A stretch of 64,000 nucleotides of DNA from NCBI GenBank assembly GCA_964408215.1, contig CAYOYQ010000001.1, positions 4,059 through 68,058 of the forward strand, read 5' to 3'. The notes beneath the pieces were generated by a model. The model searched no databases. It saw only the letters and a program-made list of their open reading frames with translations, and was not told the DNA's origin. This DNA is from an uncultured Eubacteriales bacterium (lineage in GTDB: Bacteria; Acidobacteriota; Aminicenantia; Aminicenantales; Saccharicenantaceae). Made by a program: the position numbers and the translations under genes. The number at the start of each line of letters is the position of its first letter. The first letter of the stretch is position 1. Positions 25,758 through 34,081 of this stretch are shown one piece after another.

Positions 25758-26846
25758 ATGTCGCGACGACATTCGCTCGTGAAGAATTGGAGCCTCGTCA
25801 TGGCGGCGGGATCTCTAATCCTGGCTTCTCTCGCCTGCTTGCGGCAGGCTCCGTCCGCTCCTCCGGCCCCGGCCTGGACCGTCCAAACGAGCGGGGTCGA
25901 CGCGAGCCTGCGCGGCGTTTCGGCCGTCGACGACCGGATCGCCTGGGCCAGCGGTTCCAAGGGGACGGTCCTCAGGACGCTCGACGGCGGAGCGACCTGG
26001 ACCCTCATGCCCGTTCCCGGTGAAGCGGCGACCGACTTCCGCGACATCGAGGCCTTCAGCGCCGATGACGCGGTCGTCATGGCCATCGCCCGGCCGGCCA
26101 GGATCTACCGGACGAAAGACGGCGGAAAGACCTGGGCGCGGACCTTCTTCGACGACTCGCCGGGGATCTTCCTCGACGGCTTCGCGTTCTTCGACGACAG
26201 GAACGGGGTCGCGGTCGGCGATCCCATGGCCGGCCGTTTCTTCCTCATCGCCACGACGGACGGCGGGGAGACCTGGACCCCGTCGCCCCTCGATTCGCGG
26301 CCGGCCGCGGCGGAAGGGGAGGCGGCCTTCGCCGCGTCCGGAACGAGCCTGGCCGTTCTCGGCCAGGACCGCGTTTGGCTCACGACGGGCGGCTCGGTCT
26401 CGCGCGTCTGGAGGTCGGAGGACCGTGGGGCCCATTGGGAGGCGTTCCCGTCGGCCCTTTTAGAGGGCCTCGCCTCGGCCGGAGGCTTCGGCGTCGCCTT
26501 CCTCAACGAACGGAGGGGCATAGTGGTCGGCGGCGATTATCGGGCCGAAGCCGCGTCTTCGGGCAACGCGGCGACCTCCACCGACGGCGGCCGGACCTGG
26601 ATCGCCGTCGCGGAACGTCGTCCCGGCGGTTTCAGGGAGGCAGTGGCCTTTGTCCCCGGAGCGAAACCGCCCCTCGCGGTCGCGGTCGGGCCCTCCGGCT
26701 CGGACTTGTCCACCGATCTGGGCCGGACCTGGGCACCCATCGCCGGCCCGGCGGGATTCCATGCGCTCTCTTTCGCCAAGAAAGGAAAGACCGCCTGGGC
26801 CGTCGGCCGGAACGGGCTCATCGCCCGGCTCGAGCTCGGCTTCTGA
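25758..26846 (+). CDS. BNR/Asp-box repeat beta-propeller protein (Ycf48-/sialidase-like fold), secreted
   Basis: 362 aa with six S/T-x-D-x-G-x-T/H-W boxes (TLDGGATW, TKDGGKTW, TTDGGETW, SEDRGAHW, STDGGRTW, STDLGRTW). Confidence 0.8.
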   Translation: MSRRHSLVKNWSLVMAAGSLILASLACLRQAPSAPPAPAWTVQTSGVDASLRGVSAVDDRIAWASGSKGTVLRTLDGGATWTLMPVPGEAATDFRDIEAFSADDAVVMAIARPARIYRTKDGGKTWARTFFDDSPGIFLDGFAFFDDRNGVAVGDPMAGRFFLIATTDGGETWTPSPLDSRPAAAEGEAAFAASGTSLAVLGQDRVWLTTGGSVSRVWRSEDRGAHWEAFPSALLEGLASAGGFGVAFLNERRGIVVGGDYRAEAASSGNAATSTDGGRTWIAVAERRPGGFREAVAFVPGAKPPLAVAVGPSGSDLSTDLGRTWAPIAGPAGFHALSFAKKGKTAWAVGRNGLIARLELGF

Positions 26847-26864
26847 AGGCGCGCCGAGGGTTCG

Positions 26865-26894
26865 TTGACATCCGGCCTCCCGACGAGCTATCAT
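26865..26894 (+). promoter_or_regulatory. Candidate promoter for the 26936 gene
   Basis: TTGACA (26865-26870), 18-nt spacer, TATCAT (26889-26894). AAGGAGG at 26924-26930 and ATG at 26936. Confidence 0.45.
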
Positions 26895-26935
26895 CTTTCC
26901 AAGAAGGGTGGAATCCTGATCCTAAGGAGGCGGCG

Positions 26936-27709
26936 ATGATCCATGCGCGCGCATCGAAGATGATGACCGTGTTGAACGGCGCGATCGTTGTCCTGGCCCT
27001 GGCGAGCCCGGCTTTCGCCCAGGTGGATCCTTGCGCAGAGAACGGCCCGGACTGCCGCCTGCTGACCGCGGCCGAGATCAACGCCCTGAAGGCCCGGCTG
27101 CTGGCCCTCCAGGCGATCATGCCCGTCCCGGACCCGGCCCGATTCGCTCCTCCTCCGGATATCGGGACCGCCTTCACCATGTCGTTCGTGGCCGAGCTCG
27201 AGGCCGGCGCCCCGATGATCTCCGGATCGTGGAGCGGCGGGGCGTTCACCGAGCGCAGCGACGTCCATCATATCTATGACGGTGTGGCCAAGGCCGAGGC
27301 GAAAGCGAAGGACGCCAACGATCCCCTGGCCGCGATCCAGCAAATGCAGGCCGCTTTCGGCAACCGCGTCGAGGTCCTGGCCAAGCTTCTGCCCCACGCC
27401 TTTCTCGTCAACGTCGACGACAACGGCAACTGCGCCGACGTCACCGAATCCGAGGCGACGGATATCGAAAAGACCCCGACGTTCCTCTCCTACATGTACA
27501 GCGAGGGGACATGCTTAAGGATGGTCTTCGGTCCGCGGACGTGCAAGGAAGAGGAGACCCTCAGGGTCGGGAAACCCGCCGGTAACCTGGCCCCCGTCAA
27601 GAGCATCACGCTCGAGATCACCGGTCCCAACCGGGCCGAGGTCCTGGCCCTCCGGAAAAAGATCGACCGCAAGGCCTTCGAGGCGCTCCTCGGCCCCGTG
27701 ATGAGGTGA
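26936..27709 (+). CDS. Hypothetical secreted protein
   Basis: 257 aa with signal peptide ...LASPAFAQ, a strong RBS and a promoter. No family recognised. The upstream part of ORF 26375..27709 was rejected because it overlaps the BNR gene and is shadow-like. Confidence 0.6.
   Translation: MIHARASKMMTVLNGAIVVLALASPAFAQVDPCAENGPDCRLLTAAEINALKARLLALQAIMPVPDPARFAPPPDIGTAFTMSFVAELEAGAPMISGSWSGGAFTERSDVHHIYDGVAKAEAKAKDANDPLAAIQQMQAAFGNRVEVLAKLLPHAFLVNVDDNGNCADVTESEATDIEKTPTFLSYMYSEGTCLRMVFGPRTCKEEETLRVGKPAGNLAPVKSITLEITGPNRAEVLALRKKIDRKAFEALLGPVMR
27661..27709. repeat. Direct repeat copy 1 (3' end of the 26936-27709 CDS)
   Basis: GATCGACCGCAAGGCCTTCGAGGCGCTCCTCGGCCCCGTGATGAGGTGA. It matches 28328-28376 at 43/49 positions (hand alignment, no gaps). 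Confidence 0.85.
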
Positions 27710-27767
27710 CTTGCGCGGCGAAGGCGGGCTCATCGCCAAGCTGGCGATCTGACGGCGCGGCCCGTTC

Positions 27768-28268
27768 TTAGAGCTCCTGGTCCTTCCAGGCCCCCGCGTA
27801 GACCGCCTCGCCCTTGCACTCCTGAAGGACGAGGTGGCAGATCCTCATGCCCGACGTCAACTTGATCTTGTTCCGGCCGGCGTTGAAGATCTCCAGGATC
27901 TGCCGGTTCGAGATCCCCGGGGCCAGGAACGGGGCCGCGATGTGGCTCATGAGGCCGATCCGGGCGAACCGAGAGCGCGAGTTCAGCCACCCGCACACGT
28001 CCGCGGGGAGGGTGATCCGCTCCTTCGTGATCCCGAGGACGAGCTCGCCCGGCTCCAGCAGATAGCCGTCGGCGATGTCCGTGAGCTTGGCCAGGGTCCG
28101 GTAGTCGATATCGGCCCGCGTGATGTGCTGGTCGGTGTTGAAGACGCGCAGCTTGTCCTCCAGCGTCAGATCGATCGAGGCGGGGCCGACGGCGCTCTCG
28201 TCGTAGGGGTCGATGACGATCCCGCCGTCGCGGATCCGGCGCAGGATCTCGGGTCTCGCCAGGATCAT
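27768..28268 (-). CDS. dcd: dCTP deaminase
   Basis: 166 aa: MILARPEILRRIRDGGIVIDPYDESAVGPASIDLTL... and ...GWLNSRSRFARIGL...APFLAPG, typical of Dcd/dUTPase-fold enzymes. Confidence 0.9.
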   Translation of the reverse strand: MILARPEILRRIRDGGIVIDPYDESAVGPASIDLTLEDKLRVFNTDQHITRADIDYRTLAKLTDIADGYLLEPGELVLGITKERITLPADVCGWLNSRSRFARIGLMSHIAAPFLAPGISNRQILEIFNAGRNKIKLTSGMRICHLVLQECKGEAVYAGAWKDQEL

Positions 28269-28327
28269 CGGAAACGCTCCTGAACGGGCATCATACGCAA
28301 AATCCGGGGGGATTACAACGGGACGAT

Positions 28328-28376
28328 GATCGGCCGCAAGGCCTCCGAGGCGCTCCTCGGCCCGGGGATGAAGCGA
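28328..28376. repeat. Direct repeat copy 2 (intergenic, upstream of dcd)
   Basis: GATCGGCCGCAAGGCCTCCGAGGCGCTCCTCGGCCCGGGGATGAAGCGA. In the same phase it would read IGRKASEALLGPGMKR, against IDRKAFEALLGPVMR* in copy 1. Confidence 0.85.
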
Positions 28377-28386
28377 GGGGGTGGCG

Positions 28387-28974
28387 CTAGGGCCTGCGGT
28401 TGTCCTCGAGGGGATGCAGAGAGAAGCGGCGGACCTTGTCCGGGTGTTGACGGTCCATGGTCACCCATAGCGCGCGCGGTCCCATCTTGTAGATGAAACT
28501 GGCCGAGTGATCGGGGTCCTCGGGCGGCGCGGGCAACAAAGAACCCGGCAGACCGAATCCGGCTTCGATGTCGGAGGCCAAAAGAGGCCCGGCGGGCCGC
28601 CCTGGGCCTGCCGCCGGCGGCCCTCCGGCATCCCCAAGCTCGACGACGACGAACGGCTCCGCGAGCGCCGTGTTCTGCGCCGTCGGAACGCGGCAGTCGA
28701 CGAGCTCGATCAGGTCCCGGAATCGGCTGCCGGGCCGCGGCGTGCCGGCATAGAACGTCACCATCGCGTGGCTTGCTTCTTCGTCCTTCTTGAAGGACAC
28801 TTCGAGCGTGTCGTGAACGAGCTCGAGGGTCAGGGCCGGCGCCTGGGCGAGCTGGCGCATCCGGTCCATGAGCGCTCGGCCCGGCGACTCCGGTGATCTC
28901 GCGCAGGCCCAGGCCATTCCCGCCAGCAACGACAGGACCACGATCGGCTTGAAGGCCATCCGTTCGTCCGCCAT
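28387..28974 (-). CDS. Hypothetical exported protein
   Basis: Start MADERMAFKPIVVLSLLAGMAWAC at 28974, 4 nt after the upstream stop. No family recognised. Confidence 0.5.
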   Translation of the reverse strand: MADERMAFKPIVVLSLLAGMAWACARSPESPGRALMDRMRQLAQAPALTLELVHDTLEVSFKKDEEASHAMVTFYAGTPRPGSRFRDLIELVDCRVPTAQNTALAEPFVVVELGDAGGPPAAGPGRPAGPLLASDIEAGFGLPGSLLPAPPEDPDHSASFIYKMGPRALWVTMDRQHPDKVRRFSLHPLEDNRRP

Positions 28975-28978
28975 CGGG

Positions 28979-29905
28979 TCATTCCGGCGTCTTCGTGACG
29001 ACGTTGAAGCCGAACAGCTTCCATTGAGATCCTTCGTTGTAGAAATCGAATTCGAACTCGACCTCATAGGGCCGGCTCGGATATCGGCCCTTCAACACGA
29101 GCAGCCCGTCCTCGTCGAAGTAAGGCTTTTCTGAAAAAACGGGATCCACGCCATCGGTAACGGCGAGCGAGATCTTCTTGTCGATGAATTCAACCAGCTG
29201 TCCGCGCAACGCCTCCATCGTGATCTGCTGTTGCCACAGCTCCGCGAGCGAGGCGTGGAGCTCGGAAAAGTCGTCGCGGCTGACGGCCTGGGCGAGGAGC
29301 TGCATTGATCGATTGGCCAGTTCCACCAGCTGGTCCCCGGGCGGGATCTCGGAGGCGGCGCCGGGCGTTGTGGCCCCGGGCGTCTCATCCGAGGAGATAT
29401 TGACGCCGACGAGCTTCCAGGCCGCGTCCTGACGGACATAGCGGAAGACGAAATTCAAAGGCGACGACAGGCCCGGGAACGCGCCGTTGAGGATCAACTC
29501 GCCGTGCTCGCCGATCGACGGCTTTTCCCGGAACGTCGGCGATTGGCCTTCGACGAAGCTCAGGTCGAGGTTCCGATCGATCAGGGTCTTGAAGGAGTCC
29601 TTCAAGGATTCCGGCGTGATCTGGGCCTGCCAGATCTTGGCCGCTGCGTCGTAGAGCTCGGAGAAATCCTGTCTGCTGATGGCCCGCGCCAGGAGCCGCA
29701 TCGTCGCCTTCGCCAGGGCCTCCAGGTCCTCATCGGCGGGCACGGCCGGCGTCTCCGACCCCGATGCCACGGCCCGTTCTTCCGCGGGCGTCTCGATCAC
29801 TCCGGACGCCGGTCGAGCTCCGTCTCGCGTCCGGTTGAGGATCATGAAGACGATCGCTCCGATGACGGCCAGAACGAGAACCAACCCGATCAGGACCTTT
29901 TTCAT
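28979..29905 (-). CDS. Membrane-anchored hypothetical protein with a tandem-duplicated ~115-aa domain
   Basis: 308 aa with an N-terminal TM helix. The two homologous halves are ...RLLARAISRQDFSELYDAAAKIWQAQITPESL...AAWKLVGVNI and ...QLLAQAVSRDDFSELHASLAELWQQQITMEAL...SQWKLFGFNV. Confidence 0.65.
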   Translation of the reverse strand: MKKVLIGLVLVLAVIGAIVFMILNRTRDGARPASGVIETPAEERAVASGSETPAVPADEDLEALAKATMRLLARAISRQDFSELYDAAAKIWQAQITPESLKDSFKTLIDRNLDLSFVEGQSPTFREKPSIGEHGELILNGAFPGLSSPLNFVFRYVRQDAAWKLVGVNISSDETPGATTPGAASEIPPGDQLVELANRSMQLLAQAVSRDDFSELHASLAELWQQQITMEALRGQLVEFIDKKISLAVTDGVDPVFSEKPYFDEDGLLVLKGRYPSRPYEVEFEFDFYNEGSQWKLFGFNVVTKTPE

Positions 29906-30035
29906 GAGGGCCTCCTTTTGCCAAGCTTCCTCGGATCAAGATCGCGACGAGCCTTCCTCGCCATGATGATCCCCTCTGATGCTTAGACGAAGCGTAATCG
30001 ACTCATTGAAGGATGTCAAGTTGACCCCCACCTTC

Positions 30036-30065
30036 TTGACTCGACGCGACCGCCGGCCCTATAAT
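30036..30065 (+). promoter_or_regulatory. Candidate promoter for the 30085 gene
   Basis: TTGACT (30036-30041), 18-nt spacer, TATAAT (30060-30065). ATG at 30085. Confidence 0.5.
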
Positions 30066-30084
30066 CGATCCACAGAGGGGTGCC

Positions 30085-32376
30085 ATGAGATCCAACCGTC
30101 CGTTTGTCGCAGTCTTTGTCGCCTTGTCCCTTTTGGCCGGCGTGGCCCTCGGGTTCGTCTGGGCCCAGAAGATCCCCGGCCTCGGCCGGGTCAAACAGAA
30201 GCTCGAGAAATTCAGCCTCGACAGCCTCCTCAAGGGCGAGCCGCCGATCAGCACGAGCCTGAAGGACGCCGTCACGGAGGTCCCCTTCCTCGACGACTTC
30301 AACCCGCCCGAACCCGCGCCCATGAACGTTCTGCCGCGGGCCGGCAACAACGATTTTATGCTCGTCCGGACGGGGGTCTTCAGGTTCACGGCCGCGAGCT
30401 ACTGCCTGCACGCCGGAACGTATGCGCCGACCACGGGCGACGGCTACCTCTTCGCTCCGCTGAAGGGCACGAGGGCCGGCATCATCCGCCACATCCTGGA
30501 GAACTCCGTCGTCCGTATGGACGTGGCGCAACGGGACATCCAATCCCTGGTCTGGGCCATCCTGGCCCGGACCAAGCTCACCAAAATGGCCCGGCCTCTG
30601 CAGCTCGCCGCCTCCAAGCTGCTCTCGCCCGCCGAGGTGGCCGCCCTCAGCGGCGCGTCCCTCGACACGGTCCCGGACGCCGTCCTGGAGAAGGCCATGG
30701 AAGAGGCCAAGCTGGCCGGGCCGGTCCGCGAGGTCCTGAGGGCCGAATCCAGGATCAGGAACCTTGCGACCGAGGCCGACGCGAGCTATGATGATCTGGA
30801 GAGAGCCGCCGTTCTCACCGGGACGCCGCTCCCCGGGGAGGGGAGCCGTGAGGTTCCCGGCGGCCGCTGGTCTTTCCATCCCGACGGCTATTTCATCCGT
30901 TATTTCCCCCATGGCTACCCCCGAACGGATATCGAGATCAACGTTCCGCGGCCCTTCAAGGTCGAGCGGGATGCCGCCGGCCGGATCGTGACCCTTGCCG
31001 ACGACAACGGCAGCCGGATCGCTTTTGAATACGCAACAGCCGCCGTGGCCAGGCCGGCTTCCGCAGGGTCCCTGAAGGCCCAGGCCTTGAAGGCCGTCCG
31101 CTTCAGCGGCGTGCATCCCTGGCGCCTCGATCAGAAGGTCGATGGGAGCTGGGCCGGGACGGGCTGGACCTTGGCGGGTTTCGCCGGCGGCACGGCCGTC
31201 CCCAAGGAAGCCCCGCAGGCGTTCCCGAACGCCCAAGCCCGGGTCGACAAGGCCCGCGACGTTCAGGACAACCTGGCCCATTTGTCGAAGATCGCGAAGG
31301 ACCCGTCCGGTTTCATGCCCTCCGACCGGGAATCCCTCTGCCTGGAGATCGCGAGCCTCTGCGATGGCGTGAAGGACGCGATCGGCGCGGCCGGCGGCGC
31401 TCTGGACGCTCGCCCCGGCAGCGATGCCTATGCGTTCGTTAAGATGGCCTGGCAGGCGGCCATGGTCGGACTGGCTGAAGGTCCTCCCGCGACACCAGGA
31501 TCCGGCGGCTTCCTCGAAAACGGCCCGATCCTTTCGTGGCCCGGCCACGGCCCGTCCTTTGACTTCGTTCCGGACGGATCGAGCCAGGCCGGCTCCGGCG
31601 AAGGCGGACAGGGCGGCTCGGGGGCATCGCTCGGGGCGGCTACCCCGGGAAACACCAGCCGCCAGCGGCTCGCCGAATCGGCCCGGTCCGTGGATCCCTG
31701 TCAGGCCGTGATCAATGTCGGCAAGGGAGAGTTCAAGGTCAACGGCGAACCGGTCTCGTCCCGGACGATATCCGGCTCCGAGCTGGAGGGCGCCTCGGTA
31801 ACCACGGGGAAGAAGGGCCGGGTCGAGATCGTCCTCCCCGACGATTCGGTCATTCGCCTGGGGAGTAATTCGTCGCTGACCCTGCCTCAGAACATCTGCC
31901 AGCAGGCCCAGGCCGACCGGGAAGCCAGAGCGAACATGCAGATCCTCATGGACGCCGGCTATATCTATTCCCGGCCGGCCCCGAGAGAGAACTTTGAGAT
32001 CAAGACCAGCAACGCGGTGGACGGCGTTCGAGGGGACCTCCGGCGGTTCGTCCACGGCCCCGGCGATAGGATCTTCCTGGCCTCCGTGGGCGATCCGCCC
32101 CAGGAAGCGGTCACGGAAGCGGCGATCGAAGCGGTCTATAACGAGATGAGACCCGGCGAGGCGGAGCTGGCCGCCTCGGAAAACGCCTATTTCGTCGCCT
32201 GCGAGCGCGACGTCTATTATTACGCCCGGGTGGACCGGGGAACCGTCGTGGTCGGCGATTCGAAGGGCGGCTCCGTGACGCTCAAAGCCGGGGAGCACCT
32301 GTTCATGCGGCTGGCCCCGGCCCCCACCCCCGCGGACCGCAAGGACATGTTCACTAGGACGGCGAAAGGCCGATAG
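30085..32376 (+). CDS. Large hypothetical exported protein with a FecR-like C-terminal segment
   Basis: 763 aa with an N-terminal signal/anchor. The C-terminal GKKGRVEIVLPDDSVIRLGSNSSLTL resembles the FecR-type beta-sandwich. The rest is unassigned. Confidence 0.65.
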   Translation: MRSNRPFVAVFVALSLLAGVALGFVWAQKIPGLGRVKQKLEKFSLDSLLKGEPPISTSLKDAVTEVPFLDDFNPPEPAPMNVLPRAGNNDFMLVRTGVFRFTAASYCLHAGTYAPTTGDGYLFAPLKGTRAGIIRHILENSVVRMDVAQRDIQSLVWAILARTKLTKMARPLQLAASKLLSPAEVAALSGASLDTVPDAVLEKAMEEAKLAGPVREVLRAESRIRNLATEADASYDDLERAAVLTGTPLPGEGSREVPGGRWSFHPDGYFIRYFPHGYPRTDIEINVPRPFKVERDAAGRIVTLADDNGSRIAFEYATAAVARPASAGSLKAQALKAVRFSGVHPWRLDQKVDGSWAGTGWTLAGFAGGTAVPKEAPQAFPNAQARVDKARDVQDNLAHLSKIAKDPSGFMPSDRESLCLEIASLCDGVKDAIGAAGGALDARPGSDAYAFVKMAWQAAMVGLAEGPPATPGSGGFLENGPILSWPGHGPSFDFVPDGSSQAGSGEGGQGGSGASLGAATPGNTSRQRLAESARSVDPCQAVINVGKGEFKVNGEPVSSRTISGSELEGASVTTGKKGRVEIVLPDDSVIRLGSNSSLTLPQNICQQAQADREARANMQILMDAGYIYSRPAPRENFEIKTSNAVDGVRGDLRRFVHGPGDRIFLASVGDPPQEAVTEAAIEAVYNEMRPGEAELAASENAYFVACERDVYYYARVDRGTVVVGDSKGGSVTLKAGEHLFMRLAPAPTPADRKDMFTRTAKGR

Positions 32377-32412
32377 GCACGATCGTCGATTCTCTTGCGA
32401 AAGGGGACGTTG

Positions 32413-33897
32413 ATGATCAAGAAAAAGCCCTTCAGATCATCGATGGCAGGCATTTTGACTTTTTCCCTTATCGGTCTTGTGACCGTGTCCGGCGCACGCA
32501 CGCAGATCTCCAAGCAGACGTCCTTTTCGCAGGCGGGGCCGGCGGTCATCAAGGTGACTGCCCCGAGCTCGCGTCAAACCTGGGAAAAAGGCGACAAGTA
32601 CCCGATCCGCTGGGAAAGCCAGGGCGTTCCAGGCGAGGTCAGGATCCTTCTCGTCCGCCAGGACATGTCGGCGTCCCAGGTGACCCTGGGGGCCAAAGCG
32701 TCTCAGGCGACGAAGCGGGTCAAACCGGTCGATGTCGTCGGGAAGACCGTGAACAGCGGCTCCTATGACTGCGTCGTTCCCGGCGATATTGCCGAAGGGC
32801 TCTATAAAGTCCAGATCATGACGGTCGACGGGTCCGTCAAGGGAACGAGCGAAGGCATCGTCGCCATCAGAAGCAAGGCGCTTCGCTTCGGTGACCGACG
32901 GAAAGGCAACGAAAAAGCCGGCGCGGCGGCGGGAACGGCCCAAAGCGCGGGCCAGGCTCAAGCCCCTGGCGCCGCGGCTTCCACCGGCCGGTTCCCGTCC
33001 GCGGGCGCGACGGCGTCGAAGGCGACACCCCAAACAACGGCTCCGTCCGCGGCCGCGGCCGGAAAGAGCCAGGCCGCTGCGGTCAAGGTCGTCAAGGTGC
33101 AGGTCAATCCCGTCCAGGTCTCCGAGGCCGAGCTCAAGAACCTCCCGCCCTTTAAGGCGGCGGCAAAGGGGTCCAATCTCAAATTCGGCGGGCGCAGTAC
33201 GGCCGGGAGGAAGATCGTCGTCACCTCTCCGAAAGACGGCGACGTCTGGGAGGCCGGCAAAGAATACTCGATCACCTGGGAAGGCACGGGCATCACCGGT
33301 GATGTCAAGATCGACGTGGCCGCCAATCAGTACCAGCTGCACCCGGTAACCGGGAGAACGGTCAATTCCGGGGCCTATCTTTTCCGCGTCCCGCGGAACT
33401 TCGTCGGGGATTGGCGGGTCTGGCGCGCTCGCGTCAGCACATTGGACGGAACGATCTACGGATGGAGCCCTCCGTCTTTCACTCTCTACAGCCAGGATGT
33501 CGATCTCCAGTGTCAGATTAATAATCCGAGAATCGGTTGGCCCGGAGGGTATCTAAAGGAAGGCAAGGAATATCGGTACCTGCAATTCAACGTTTGGATG
33601 AGAAACGATGGGACAAGGCTTCCGATCAGCATAGACACCGTTCTTGTCAAGATCATCAAAGAACCCCAAGAGATCGTTTGCTATCAGGAAGAATGGGGAT
33701 TTGGCGGAATTTATCCCCATGCATGGTATCGGCTTCCCGACCCGCGGACGATTAAAGTGTCGTCATGGAGCGATAACCGTGACATGAATAGGGGAGTTTA
33801 TCGTATGGAAGTCTGGCTTGACCCCCAGAACCGCTTGGGCGAGCTTGAAGGCCTTCGACAAGATAATAAAGCCGTCCATAAGTGGATACTCGATTGA
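32413..33897 (+). CDS. Secreted multi-domain protein: two Kre9/KNH-like small beta domains, an Ala/Ser/Thr-rich linker and a CARDB-like low-GC C-terminal domain
   Basis: Start MIKKKPF at 32413 (AAGGGGA RBS). Repeats VTAPSSRQTWEKGDKYPIRWES...VNSGSYDCVVP and VTSPKDGDVWEAGKEYSITWEG...VNSGAYLFRVP. The C-terminus ends ...VWLDPQNRLGELEGLRQDNKAV, like CARDB domains. Confidence 0.65.
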   Translation: MIKKKPFRSSMAGILTFSLIGLVTVSGARTQISKQTSFSQAGPAVIKVTAPSSRQTWEKGDKYPIRWESQGVPGEVRILLVRQDMSASQVTLGAKASQATKRVKPVDVVGKTVNSGSYDCVVPGDIAEGLYKVQIMTVDGSVKGTSEGIVAIRSKALRFGDRRKGNEKAGAAAGTAQSAGQAQAPGAAASTGRFPSAGATASKATPQTTAPSAAAAGKSQAAAVKVVKVQVNPVQVSEAELKNLPPFKAAAKGSNLKFGGRSTAGRKIVVTSPKDGDVWEAGKEYSITWEGTGITGDVKIDVAANQYQLHPVTGRTVNSGAYLFRVPRNFVGDWRVWRARVSTLDGTIYGWSPPSFTLYSQDVDLQCQINNPRIGWPGGYLKEGKEYRYLQFNVWMRNDGTRLPISIDTVLVKIIKEPQEIVCYQEEWGFGGIYPHAWYRLPDPRTIKVSSWSDNRDMNRGVYRMEVWLDPQNRLGELEGLRQDNKAVHKWILD

Positions 33898-34081
33898 TAG
33901 CCGGCCTGATTGAGCCGCATAATCGATTAGGGGAGGGCGAACAATTTCGTTCGGACAATATGGCTGCCACGAGATGTGTGATTGAATTGGCAGGTACTCC
34001 TGATCTTCCATTTCCAAAATAATCTCTTGGGGGTTAGTTAGAGGAATCAAACGGCTGTCATTCTCGAGAAGGAGGTGAACC

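Noticed and set aside
27768-28268. dcd as an anti-phage dCTP-deaminase defence gene
   Set aside because: At 166 aa it is a plain single-domain Dcd. It lacks the extra N-terminal (kinase-like) domain of the defence-type deaminases, and no other defence genes are adjacent. The flanking repeats are reported separately without calling a mobile element, because no integrase or transposase is present.
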